A DNA stretch of 63,755 nucleotides, filler included, from Collodictyon triciliatum (lineage: Eukaryota), in assembly GCA_043381765.1 (NCBI GenBank). It is 21 parts of 21 records of this genome, joined end to end, with 100 filler letters (N's around TTAATTAATTAA, not from the genome) between each part and the next. Parts side by side here need not be neighbours in the genome. Positions count along the whole stretch, not along the records: positions 28,268 to 31,305 come from JBHJMP010007884.1; positions 31,406 to 34,442 come from JBHJMP010007885.1; positions 34,543 to 37,579 come from JBHJMP010007886.1; positions 37,680 to 40,715 come from JBHJMP010007887.1; positions 40,816 to 43,264 come from JBHJMP010007888.1; 16 more parts are not named here. One strand, written 5' to 3'. The position numbers and the translations under genes are program-made. Positions 28,268 through 41,019 of the stretch are shown one piece after another (position 1 is the stretch's first letter; every line of letters begins with the position of its first letter). The notes beneath the pieces are model-generated. The model saw only the letters and a program-made list of their open reading frames with translations, ran no database searches and was not told the DNA's origin.

Positions 28268-31104
28268 TGGGATTGGGATTGGGATTGGGATTGGGATTGG
28301 GATTGGGATTGGGATTGGGATTGAGATTGGGATTGGGATTGAGATTGGGATTGGGATTGGGATTGGGATTGGGATTGGGATTGGGATTGGGATTGCGATT
28401 GGGATTGGGATTGGGATTGGGATTGGGACTGAGATTGGGATTGGGATTGGGATTGAGATTGAGACTTAGTTCGGGATTGGGATTTAGACTGAGATTGCAG
28501 GAGAGATATCGTATTTCTATCTGATAAATTATCTGTTGGGATGAATTGGTGTGATTGATATGTTGTGTCGATTTCATTTGTATTTCCTGTTGGTTCGAAT
28601 ATGTATGTTTTATCTGTTGGTTCGAATATATATGTCTTATCCGTGGGATTAAATATTTGTGATGTATATGTTGTTTTGATTTCATGTAAACTTTCTGTTG
28701 GTTCGAATAGGTGTGTTTTATCTGTTGGTTCGAATATATATGTCTTATCCGTGGGATTAAATATTTGTGATTTATATGTTGTTTCGATTTCATATGTATT
28801 TTCTGTTTGTTCGAATATGTGTGTTTTTTTTGTTTGTTCAAATTCATAGGTATTCAGTGATGGTTCGAAATCGTGTTGATCATCTGTTGGGTCGAATTCA
28901 TATGTTTTATATGTTGTTTCATGTGTGGAAGTATTATTGGTTGGTTCGTAAATATCAGTATTTTGAGGTACTTTGTTAATGTTAGTTTTTTTTTGTAGTT
29001 CTTTTTTATAAATATTCTGTATTGTTGTTTTCATATTGGTATCTTTTCGTTTTGTAAGAAATCGACTTTTTATTTGTTCTGTCTTACATGAATCAATCTT
29101 TTCATCACTTTGAAATTTTTCCTTATTTCTCTTATTTTCTTGGTACTTTATATCTGAAATAGTTTCATGTAAAGACTGTTTAGTACTGATAGGTGCTATT
29201 AGCCTGCTTTTGTAGGTATTGTCATTATTAACATTTGTCTCATATCCTGCATTTCTCTTTGTAGTTTTTGAAGTGGTTGGGTTCTTGTCCTTTTTTAACT
29301 GTGGAATCATAATATATTCATCATCTTCTTTTACTGTTTTATTCTTTTCATTTCTTGGATATTCATCACACTTCGATGTTTGTTTTGTTTTCATTCTTAG
29401 TGATTTTCCTGTTGCTATCATTATTTTTGGTAAATATACTCTTTTCTTGATATATTTAGACATGTAATGTGCATTTGGTGAGAATTTCGATATTTTTTCA
29501 CGATATAAACGAGCTGGTGCTTTTCTATGTCGATTGAAGTCTTCAAAAAATTTGTCTTGGTTTGAGCATTTAAGTTGAAAAGTCCGTTTAATTTCTCTTA
29601 TTAGGGAAATCATGGCTCCTCTAGGGATTTCAATTGGCTCTCTTATTTCGTTCTTGTGTTCAACATCCAGTTTGTCTTTTGCTTCACGTTCCAAAAGCTG
29701 GTGACGTTTTTCATTTTGTTGAATATTCTTGTACACATTAAGCTTCTCGAGACCATTTGCATTTAATAATCGATCCAGAAGGTATATTTCGGATTTGATT
29801 CTGTTTTGGATACACAATTGGTCAATAGATTTCATGTAGAAATCTATGTTATGGTAACGGAAATAAGCCATATCCCTTGAAGATTTCATCACATGCAATA
29901 GTACTAGAATGTGTCCAAGAATTGAGGATTTTCTCGTTTTTTCTTGAATATTTGATGGAGCATTTTGTTTCATCCTGTGTTGATTTACAATAGAGTTTAG
30001 AGGGCCGTTTGAGAGTCTAACTGGAACATATTTAATTGTTTTGAGAGGACGCTGAGATTCTGGTTTTCCAAGGCTGGCTGGCTGAGTCTTAAAGGTAACA
30101 TCCTTCCGTGAAATTATAAATCCCTTTTTTGCATCTATTAGCTTAGAATGTATATTAATGCTATCATCAGGAGATGTTGAAAACGAAAATACTATAAAGT
30201 GTGAATTTCCCAGATAATGTGAAAGAGGATTTATATCATTCGTCATTGACACTAGCCTTTGTTCCATGCGCCACAGATTGATGGCTTTTATGTGTTTATA
30301 GATGTAAATGATATCACTTGTTCGTCCATATTGATTGCTTTTACTATGAATCACTAAATATTTACTATGGTTTTCTATTTTGAATGCAAACATGCTCTCA
30401 TTCGAAGAATCCATGGGTATGAAAATCTGTCGTATCTTGCAGGTCCAAATATGTTGATTGCATAGATAGCTCAAGACCCTGTTCTCAAAGTTTTTTCCAT
30501 TTTTTTTTCGCCTTTGTAAAACAAGAACATTGCTTCTTATGCACTTGATTATGTGCGAGTTTACTCTCAATGATTTTAAGTCGAAATATGTATATGTCCT
30601 TATTCCATCTACCATTGGTATTTGGATTATTTGTACGCCATCATAGTTTTCCGACCGAATGTGTATCGTAATGGTTCTATTCTCCGATTTTATCTGGTCG
30701 TAATGAGCCATTTCGATGTCACTCAAGACATAGTAGGAGCTTGACACAATGGTGTGATATTGTTCCTGATTTTGCCTCTCGATAACACATGGATTATATT
30801 TGGTCAAAGACATCGCATCAGCAATAAATGATATACCCAAGACGTATTTTCTACCTTCGTATAAAATGGATGCCTCGTTAGAATATGAGTAACAACCATA
30901 ATATCCACTCCAAGCCTTTTTCAGTGCGGTAGCTTGTTCTATCGCCTTTCATTAGTAACTTGCAGCAAAAAATAAATAAAATGGCTATGTACACTTTTAT
31001 TGTTGTTATCTTAACATAGACTCACTCATACGAAGGCAGTGTGCTTCCATAATATGTAGCACGAGCGCGCAGGTGAGTATCGCGAGGATAGTGGCAATCT
31101 TCAT
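28268..31104 (-). CDS. Predicted secreted orphan protein (>900 aa) with FEPTDKTYI-type repeats and a poly-(SQ) tail; exon 31104-31026 plus large exon 30938-28268
   Basis: Signal-peptide-like [23 protein letters not shown], a GTGAGT donor, a TACTAAT branch site, a phase-1 TAG acceptor, then a 2.67-kb open frame running to the contig end. Confidence 0.65.
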
Positions 31105-31799
31105 GCCTGGATGCGTGATGGGCGGCATTCAGGATAAAATTAGGATGATTTAGCAAAATTTCAAAATTTGGCCGCGTAGCGTGTTCGAACCCACCCCAAT
31201 TTTTCGCTCGGAAATTATCTGGGTTCGAACACACTCTCATCTATTTGGGGATTAACGCCCTTATTGCCACCATCTTCTTCGGGTTGGGAGCTGTGTAAGG
31301 GGGGGNNNNNNNNNNNNNNNNNNNNNNNNNNNNNNNNNNNNNNNNNNNNTTAATTAATTAANNNNNNNNNNNNNNNNNNNNNNNNNNNNNNNNNNNNNNN
31401 NNNNNACAGGCTATTGTGTCCATTTATCAATCGGAAATGACATCCGAGTTGGTGACTTTGAATACTAATGACGAATTATTCAAGTGTTGTGGTTGCCTTT
31501 GGAATTTTTTTAAAATTAAAAAATAAGGAAGGGTATTGAATTTATCTTCATTGCTCCGTGTCAGTGCAGAACATTCATAAATAAAGCTATACATGAACTC
31601 GCGAAGAGCAAAAGGAAATTTTTTTTCTTAGAAAATAGAATTGAATTGGCCTTTTATTCATTCTTATTGTCATTAAAATTTTCATCAGTACATATTAATC
31701 GGCTGGGATTGTTGCTTCTTGCTGTATTTACGGAACCATTCTAGTTCTGTCTATGTTGACTCACTTTTTATTTTGATAGAAAGTAGTTCGATGCCTTGT

Positions 31800-32340
31800 N
31801 NNNNNNNNNNNNNNNNNNNNNNNNNNNNNNNNNNNNNNNNNNNNNNNNNNNNNNNNNNNNNNNNNNNNNNNNNNNNNNNNNNNNNNNNNNNNNNNNNNNN
31901 NNNNNNNNNNNNNNNNNNNNNNNNNNNNNNNNNNNNNNNNNNNNNNNNNNNNNNNNNNNNNNNNNNNNNNNNNNNNNNNNNNNNNNNNNNNNNNNNNNNN
32001 NNNNNNNNNNNNNNNNNNNNNNNNNNNNNNNNNNNNNNNNNNNNNNNNNNNNNNNNNNNNNNNNNNNNNNNNNNNNNNNNNNNNNNNNNNNNNNNNNNNN
32101 NNNNNNNNNNNNNNNNNNNNNNNNNNNNNNNNNNNNNNNNNNNNNNNNNNNNNNNNNNNNNNNNNNNNNNNNNNNNNNNNNNNNNNNNNNNNNNNNNNNN
32201 NNNNNNNNNNNNNNNNNNNNNNNNNNNNNNNNNNNNNNNNNNNNNNNNNNNNNNNNNNNNNNNNNNNNNNNNNNNNNNNNNNNNNNNNNNNNNNNNNNNN
32301 NNNNNNNNNNNNNNNNNNNNNNNNNNNNNNNNNNNNNNNN
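31800..32340. other. Scaffold gap (541 N) inside the PP2C contig
   Basis: A run of N without the TTAATTAATTAA core. Confidence 0.95.
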
Positions 32341-34149
32341 GACGCCGACACAGCCAGGAGGATCGCCTCTTGATTGAACCGTATCTGCTCCAGGCCATAT
32401 ACGACGAGGATAACCCATGCGACTCAACAGATGAGTGCCCAGAGCAAAAATATTGGAGCCGCATCCCGCTGGCCTTGTTTGCAGTGTTTGATGGACACGG
32501 AGGCCACGGATGTAGCGAATACGCTCGAAGCAACATTATAGCAAAGATTGCAGCGCATCCTTCAATAAAAGAGATTTCAACATCAAAGGATGCGTTGCTG
32601 GCGCGCCCTGGAAATAATAATACTTTGCTCTCCAGACGTTGGATGAAGGTGCTGCCGTCGGTCCTTCTAAACGCAGCGATGGAAATTGATCAGGAAATAG
32701 ACGAAAAGCGTATTGCAGGAGGTAGCACAGCAGTCATGGCCGTTGTTGTTGGAAAGCATATACTACTTGGCAATATAGGGGATTCTAGAGCGGTCCTTTG
32801 TTGTAGTGATGGTTTGTGAAACCCTGATATGGTTCCTCTCATTGATTTTTTTTCTCTCATCAAATGAATCATCCCTTTGTAAAATATCTGTTCTGTTACA
32901 TTTTTAGGAAGAACGCCTTTGCAACTCACCAAAGACCATAAGCCATCAGTAAGGATATATTATTTAATCCATTTCAACAAGAATTCGAACATTTTTTTTA
33001 TTTTATGTCCACTTAACATGCTTTCGAATTACTCGCAGCCGTGGAAACGTCTTATTTTCGTATGTGGCTAATCGAGTAATCTTTCAATAGGATGATGAAG
33101 AAAAAAGGAGAATCGAAGAAGCGGGCGGCTTTGTTTTATTCTATGGCGTGTGGAGGGTGCAGGGTGTACTGGCAGTGTCCCGTGCGTTGGGAGATACGCC
33201 TCTGAATAAGGCACAGTTTCCATTTGACTAATTGCTTCATTGATTTATTTATATGTTTTTTTTTTTTAAAAAAAAAAACCAACAAGTCTGTGAGATTTAT
33301 TCTCCATCGAGTTATATGCTTTATATCCAAATTTTGTCTGCTATCTAATGCCGTGTAAGCATGCCCACCATTTCAGTATGTCATTCCAGACCCTGATTTC
33401 ACCTCGTATGAAATTGGGAGCGATGCAAAGTTTATGATTCTAGCGAGTGATGGACTTTGGGATGTCATGACCAATCAAGTATGAAATTCATGAATCATTC
33501 AGAAATGTACTCAAAACATGTTTAACTTTTGGTCTGGCAGTTTATTCTGCTGGTTAGTTTGCCTCTTTAATATGCAGAAGGTTTTACATTGTGATGTTTT
33601 GAACAAATTAGACTGAGTCGTCCACCTCTCTATTAGTTTTCACTTTTTCTATCTTCCTCTGCAAAATAGGAAGCAGTTGATTTTATTAGCGAAAGAATGG
33701 AAATAGCAACGGAAATAAAAGTGAGTATTGAGCGACAACCTCATATGCACTGATGATTCAAAAGAAAAAAAAAATCAGCACTTAATCCATAGGCCAAATT
33801 TTGGATGATTTAAGTGAACCCTTGTGTTAACAATAATAAAAGCTCTCTCCGAGGCCTATGTCTGCGATTGCTGAAGAGTTGATAAAAGAAGCAAACAACC
33901 GCAGAACGCAAGACAACACTACCATCTTGATTGTAGACCTGCAGATGGCCACCAGAGTACCGTTCACTTTTATTCTTGATTTTGATTTTGATTTTGATTT
34001 TGATTTTGATTGTTATTTTCGAGAAATCAACATTCTTCAAACTTCTCGCTGAATCAGAAACGGCATCACCCACCAAATTACTATTTTTTCGTTGCAATAA
34101 AACAAAGCAGAACGTGGATGTCTCTCAGCCACCACACGACGAACTGTAG
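32341..34149 (+). CDS. PPM/PP2C-family Ser/Thr phosphatase (N-terminus in the gap), predicted to end in HDEL
   Basis: Motifs [57 protein letters not shown] and QDNTT are all present. The last exon 34111-34149 reads [15 protein letters not shown]. Confidence 0.92.
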
Positions 34150-34360
34150 CGCGTCCCTTTCTGTAACAGACTCGAAGAGCCACAGGCCGCCTCGTGTTTT
34201 TCTTTTCTATTCTCTCTCTTTTTTTTGGAATAAATATGAAACTGGCTAAAGAAATCAACAAACCACACCACGCCCTACCCAACCCTGGCCTTCCTCATGG
34301 CTTCCAACATTATCCCGGTCGACAGCAGTGCGCATCGGATGACTTTATTATTATTATTAC

Positions 34361-34442
<82 letters not shown>

Positions 34443-34993
34443 NNNNNNNNNNNNNNNNNNNNNNNNNNNNNNNNNNNNNNNNNNNNTTAATTAATTAANN
34501 NNNNNNNNNNNNNNNNNNNNNNNNNNNNNNNNNNNNNNNNNNAATAGAATATAGGAATAGGACATCAGTAATATAGAAGAAATTCGCATATCTGTGGGCA
34601 GAAGCGGTGTACTATACCCAAAGATACAATTTACGAGAGACCATCGTGGTTCATTGTTGAGTGATGAAGTAATTTTTACTTTGTGAGAGGAAAAATGATA
34701 TCAAATAATATTTTATACTTTGACATATAATCCAATTTTATAAAATGATATCCTGCACCGGTAATATTTTTTAAATTCATTATAACGCATCTAACTACAC
34801 TTTCTTGTTATCATATTTACAAGATAAAAATATATTTTTTGGTTTTTTTTGATACAGGAGATATAATTTTATTACACGAACATATGAGGCGAACAAATAT
34901 GACACGGTTGTCAAGACTGCATCTAGAAATAAGCAAAGAGAAATGTGGGAATGGGTCATGAGATATCTTAGAGCATATTCAACGTCTGCTACC

Positions 34994-35179
34994 CACACAA
35001 CCAATCAACCAGTTGGAACGCCCACCAGACCAACTCGCTATCACTGATTTCTATCCAATGCCAGCCTCTCCACAGTAGTGTCTTCTCCCACTCGTGTTTG
35101 CTCTCTTCCATGCGCACTCATATCACCCCTTGTATGGCATTACCTCGCTACACTTTGAATCGAATAAAGGAAAAAAAAA
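34994..35179 (+). mobile_element. 5'-truncated LINE-like copy: ORF C-terminus, 3' UTR and poly(A)
   Basis: Encodes TQPINQLERPPDQLAITDFYPMPASPQ-TAG. Colinear with 52482-52666. Confidence 0.88.
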
Positions 35180-35328
35180 TACTATTTGGTAGATAAAACA
35201 TAATGGGCTCATTAAATCGTGTTTTTTTTTAAATTTCACTTTTATTCTTGCTTGAATGCGCAGTTTGTTGAACCATATGCACACGCAGGTAAATTAGCTT
35301 GTATTTTCAACAGATTATTTCTGTAAAT

Positions 35329-35371
35329 TGTGGTATTATCACCTATATATTATAGAGGTGATAATACCACA
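35329..35371. repeat. Perfect 16-bp inverted repeat (hairpin) just downstream of the stop codon of the WD40/Cys-repeat gene
   Basis: TGTGGTATTATCACCT (35329-35344) and AGGTGATAATACCACA (35356-35371). Confidence 0.9.
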
Positions 35372-35375
35372 TAAT

Positions 35376-37579
35376 TTAATTTGTAGGGACTATTGGGTGA
35401 ACAAAACGCCTTTCAACAATCTTTCCCTTAAAAGAACTTTTTGCTCCACCAAATGCCTTTTTCAGTATTGTCCAAATGACAGGGAGAGCCACAGATAATA
35501 GCTTCACAGCGATATAGCCATTCGAAATCATCACCAACACAATCAAGACAGCTTCAACCGCACCATTAATTTCGGAATATCGGAAGAGAAGGCTCAGCAT
35601 CAAGGTAAAGTAAAGAACCAACAAAGACTGTAATTGGGTTGCTTTCAAAGTGCTAGACACAAACGGCTGATAGTAAATAGTGGATGCTATCACGATAAAT
35701 ATCAACCATATTCCAAAATATATCTGTAATGAGGACGGAAAAAACACACTTATCATCACGACAAAAAGTTTCTGCATCATTATCACAATCTCCCAATAGT
35801 AGCACTTGTCTGTGTATCCATCCACAACAAATCGCAGCAACAGATACGCATAGGACTGTTCGTCAGACAAAGACTTTCTCTTGTAAATCATGTATGCCAG
35901 CAATATGACAGGCCCCATGAAACAATACAGAGTCACATATGCAAAAGATATATTCCTCCAAGCCGCATAATCGGAATCATCACAACTTATTGACATATCT
36001 TGCCTCAAGTAGATATCATCTCCCAAATTTCGACATGGAAATATCACAGATACATTTGCAGTTATTGTCGGATGAACAAAAAAGCACATGACAAGCGCTG
36101 AATGCAGAAAATCCTTGCGCAACTGTTGGAAGTGTAAGCCAGAAAAATTATTCTTCATTTTGTAGGCATTCCAGAATATCTTGGCTATCTCTGCTACAAA
36201 TAAAATTGAAATCAAGATCAACGGCATGAGCATGGAATAAAAAACTTTTTCATAGACACTCAATCGAAACTGGCAATCCATGGGAAAGCTGTCCACGGAG
36301 AAGGAGAAGGAAAATAATGCTGGTATTTGCATAGCTGAAATCAACGTGGAGCTCCAGTTCACATCAAAGTTGGCCAAATATGACAAAACTTGAAAGTGTG
36401 TGGACAGAGTTTTAATCATTTGGACATTATCATTTTTAGGCTCTCTAGATTGCTCTATCATAAGTACCGTGAATCCAATCGGTATAACAACACTTAGAAA
36501 CACCAAAAACCCAACAGCATTGCTCGCTGGGCATTTCATGCAAATAATTCCAGTTTTTCCATGTCCAGTATCACAGACACTACACAAAGGCCCTGTATAA
36601 CCTGATGCGCACGTACTATTTCGACCTTTGCAAGCATCTTGATTGAGACACTTGTATGCCAGGTATTCATCGCGTTCGCTTTTTGATTGCCAATATCCAG
36701 GAGCTACCTTAACATCACTGGTGCCATCGCAAATGAACCCATAGGGGCACTTGATACACTGCCTACTTTTTCCGTGCAGATAAAATGTGGGAATGCACTT
36801 GCAGTCATATATACTTTTAGATGCATGGTTTAGATTGTATGTTCCAGGGCCACAATTTATGCAAGACAGCTGTCCTGAAGTTGGATTATATGTTCCAGGA
36901 GCACATGAAATACAAGAGGTTGAGTTTGTAGAACCAGTTGATGGATTGTATGTTCCAGCTGCACATGAAAGACATGTTGCTTGACCAGTGGATGGATTGT
37001 ATGTTCCAGCTGCACATGAAAGACATGTTGCTTGACCAGTGGATGGATTGTATGTTCCAGCTGCACATGAAAGACAGGTTGCTTGACCGGTTGATGGATT
37101 GTATGTTCCAGCTGCACATGAAAGACAAGCACCAACACTTGTAGAACCAGTTGATGGATTGTATGTGCCACTTGGACATAAAGAACAAGACAAGGTTCCT
37201 CCAGCACTATAGCTTCCAGATGGACATAGTTGACAAGATTTTGAAACTGAATCATAAAACTGACCAGCGACACAAAGATTCCAAATTTTGATTGTATTAT
37301 CGCCACTTCCAGAAACAATTTTTGAGCCATCAGGGGTAAAAGCGACACTGTTAACATAACTAGTATGACCGGTCAATGTGCGAATCAAAGCTCTATCAGA
37401 GAGGCTCCAAATCTTAATTGTATGGTCAAAACTTCCTGAGATAATTTTTGAATTATCAGGAGTAACAGTAACATCCTCGACATTCCCATTATGTCCAATC
37501 AATGTTCCAATCAAGGCACCATTATTGATATTCCAAATTTTAATTGTATTATCGGAACTTCCTGAAACAATTTTTGAGC
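35376..37579 (-). CDS. Intronless segment encoding WD40 repeats, Cys-rich GCC2/GCC3 (ephrin-receptor-like) repeats and a multi-pass TM domain (5' truncated)
   Basis: GHxxxVxSVAFTPDGSKIVSGSGDNTIKIWN repeats, 17-aa CLSCAAGTYNPSTGQAT repeats (51-bp DNA units), CASGYTGPLCSVC, and about 8-9 hydrophobic helices including GYTDKCYYWEIV. Confidence 0.9.
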
Positions 37580-38456
37580 NNNNNNNNNNNNNNNNNNNNN
37601 NNNNNNNNNNNNNNNNNNNNNNNTTAATTAATTAANNNNNNNNNNNNNNNNNNNNNNNNNNNNNNNNNNNNNNNNNNNNTTTTGTTTTTTTGTTTTTTTG
37701 TTTTTTTGTTTTTTTGTTTTTTTGTTTTTTGTTTTATTGACATAAAACGAGCCCCTTAGTTGCCTTGAAATCGTCAGATGATAATTTTGACCTGCTGTGT
37801 GTCTTTTGATACTGGCGAGCCTTTCCTCTCCTTTCCTTTCAGCCCAGGCAAACTCCCGCTCTGATGCCGCCGGGTGATCGGTTTGATGACTTGATGGTTT
37901 GGGTGGGGAATAGGCCTGAAAATATTGTGAATTTTATATATATTTGGTGACTTTGATGGAATGTGCATGGAAATAAATTCGTTGTTGTGGTTGGTTAAGT
38001 GCTGGTGGGTTAATTTTGCAGTTTATAACATTCAGTAAGAAGATTTCTCTTCTATATTTCTTTTTTATATCATAATTAGAATTTTAGTATTTTAAATGAA
38101 TTCAATGCTCCGTAAAAATTATTAAACTAGATTTTTTTAATTTTATATAATAAATTCCACAAATATAGATATTATGGGAAAGGGTATGAACTGTTACGGC
38201 TTCAAAGTAATCGATTCAGACATTTTTCTTCATATAATTCTTCTATTTGGCTGCCACCGCGCGCTCATATTCTGTGTTTCATTTTTTCCTTTTCTTCTTT
38301 TTCTTTCCCCCTCCATAGGCGGTATATGAATACTTTCAAGCCATGAGTAAAACGGAAGAAGAAAAGAAAGGGTTTGTGTTCCTATAGCCATGATTAAAGA
38401 ACGATATCAATGGGATATCGCATCCCCCGGCGATTATCATAGTTGGCAGCATCATG

Positions 38457-40499
38457 TTATTTATGGACTTGGTGAGTCAGAACCACACATGAATTAGATA
38501 TTGCCAGAGCCTGTGCTATTCTTTGCTGATGTAGCTTTAACTGCTGTCCCATGCAGGTGAAGTGAGTTTGGCCCTGCAGTTATGTTTTTACCTTCAGGAG
38601 ACATTTCAGGAGATTCACAAATTATCCTACTATCCTATTATCCATACGAGAATATCAACCTCGTAGTTTGTGAGTGGATGGTAGTCAAACTTTCCGAATA
38701 CGTAGTTGAATATCATATACTGCACTTTACTTATCTCTGTCACCACCGATATTACACCCTAAATCATTATTATGAAGTTTTAAAAAATTGTTGTTTTAGA
38801 GTAGCGATTGCCTAGTTGCGTTTTCAATCTTTAATCCAACGGGTTAATGAGTACCCACCATAGATTTTTACGAAAATTCTTGGCAAGGGCGAATGAAGAT
38901 ATACTATTAGACTATTACCTTCACTCTATAAAAATCGTCTGGCGGGATGGATGCCAGAAAGCTGTCGAAGACAGCCTTTTCTACTGGTCCTGGCAAATTA
39001 ACGTGTATCAAGTCAACCTGAATTTAGGATTGAAGCACAATAAGATGATTGTTCCCAGAGCAAAGTTATTTTCGCTACCTATATCATGCGTGCTTATATG
39101 ATGCATATATGGCGTACCTCGAGCTTGTGGTGATGTTGGTAATCATGAACATCCTTTTCATGAGATTTGGCGTGCTCTTGTGTCTCAAACAGCTTGGAGT
39201 CCAGTCCGAAGACCAACGAATACGGGACTCCTTCTCTCCCGCTGCATTTGACTTTCGGGGTCCCTTCGTTCAATTCATACACATCATCCAATACGGATTC
39301 CAATTGCCTCTCGGATACCTTACACATGGAAATATAGATGAAGTGCAAAGTATACCTATGAAGATAGAATTGCCCACTTTTCAATATTATCAGATATGCC
39401 TTACCAATTCGTGCTTGTTGATAAGAATCAAATCTGTATCCTTCACCTAAATGGCCCAGAAGGGCAAGACCGTTTAGAATAATGACTTCAAGAGTATTTT
39501 CTTTGCCATATTTTAATCTATCTTTGAACTAGGATAACCTGAAGTCGAGCGGTGATGCTTTTGTCCTCGTAGCCCTTAAAATTGACGGCGTCAATCACGG
39601 TAATGATGCCATCTAGCTTGAATGGAAGACCCATACGTCTGATTTCCCTTCAAAAAGGGGACGAGGATGACAATATTTTATATTAAAACTTGCTTCAAAT
39701 CCTCGTTAAATCATTGTAACACACGCAGCATACCATGCTATAGGTCCAGGGAATGCAGAGCCGCTCGTTTCTTATTTTTTTTTTAAGTGTCAAAGTCAAT
39801 TGTTTATTATTTTTGGTTATATTTTTAAAATGCTTCTGGGTTATCAGAAGACGCTGGACAGTATAAAATTCTATACTTCTACTTGTAAGCATTTTTCGTC
39901 TTATTCCACAAACAAAATATCTCAGTCATAATGTTTAGATAAGGACTAAAAATTTAGTGCAATCAGAAAAGAGGAAGAGGATTTTATAATCACCTATAAT
40001 TATTCGGTCTGTCTCAGGATACTTCGACACAATCTCTTGGAGCGCAGTATTCATTTTGCCCACAAGATTGCAACAAAGACATCCATTCAGCATCTCTTGT
40101 ACCTCAATATTGCTTTCCCTTGCCATTTCGCTATCCACCTGGTATCGTCGATTGATATCTTTATGATTATTAGCTGACGTGATGGAGACTATTCAGCAGT
40201 ATCGCTCCAATGTATTAAAAGTAGTTCCGATATGTAAGTTTATAATTGATTTATATTTTGATAATACAGATAAAAGCAAATCCTTTTTTAAAAAAAGTGC
40301 GGTTACTAACAATCAAGCACAATTATAGCATTTCCACTTGCCAGGGCTCTCTGATTTCAATATAATCCATACAAATAAATCAGATAGGCAATGGAAAAGA
40401 TGACTAACCTTAACGTCGCCAAACTCATTTTTGAGCCAAATACATTTGTAACCTTCTGGCACTTGTCGAATAAGGTTCATGATGATGGTTGTTTTCCCT
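38457..40499 (-). CDS. COG0523 CobW/ZNG1-like metal-chaperone GTPase, 9 exons visible (first exon missing)
   Basis: GKTT, NEFG, GCLCC, ETSG, TVIDA and INKHE motifs, a His-rich loop and a CobW_C-like YRVKG. Exons splice in phase to TAA at 38457. Confidence 0.9.
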
Positions 40500-41019
40500 G
40501 TTAAGACCCGGCCGTCAGACAAGAAGAGTAGCTGAAAATACTTACAATATTCATTTGTATCCGCGATGGACGTTGAGGAGAAACAGAAGAAATTGAAAAT
40601 ATAAAGGAGACAAAAGAGACAAAAGAGACAAAAGAGACAAAAGAGACAAAAGAGACAAAAGAGACAAAAGAGACAAAAGAGACAAAAGAGACAAAAGAGA
40701 CAAAAGAGACAAAAGNNNNNNNNNNNNNNNNNNNNNNNNNNNNNNNNNNNNNNNNNNNNTTAATTAATTAANNNNNNNNNNNNNNNNNNNNNNNNNNNNN
40801 NNNNNNNNNNNNNNNAATTAAAATAAAATTAAAATAAAATTAAAATAAAATTAAAATAAAATTAAAATAAAATTAAAATAAAATTAAAATAAAATTAAAA
40901 TAAAATTAAAATAAGATTAAAATAAGATTAAAATGAGATTAAAATAAGATTAAAATAAGATTAAAATAAGATTAAAATAAAAATAAAAAAATTAAAATAA
41001 TATGCGTAATGAAAATCAC

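Noticed and set aside
31719-32536. Long ORFs containing X runs, and ORFs ending in LIN
   Set aside because: These are artefacts of translating through N gaps and the spacer.
36880-37170. 51-bp tandem repeats as a CRISPR-like array
   Set aside because: There are no unique spacers; they are in-frame Cys-rich protein repeats.
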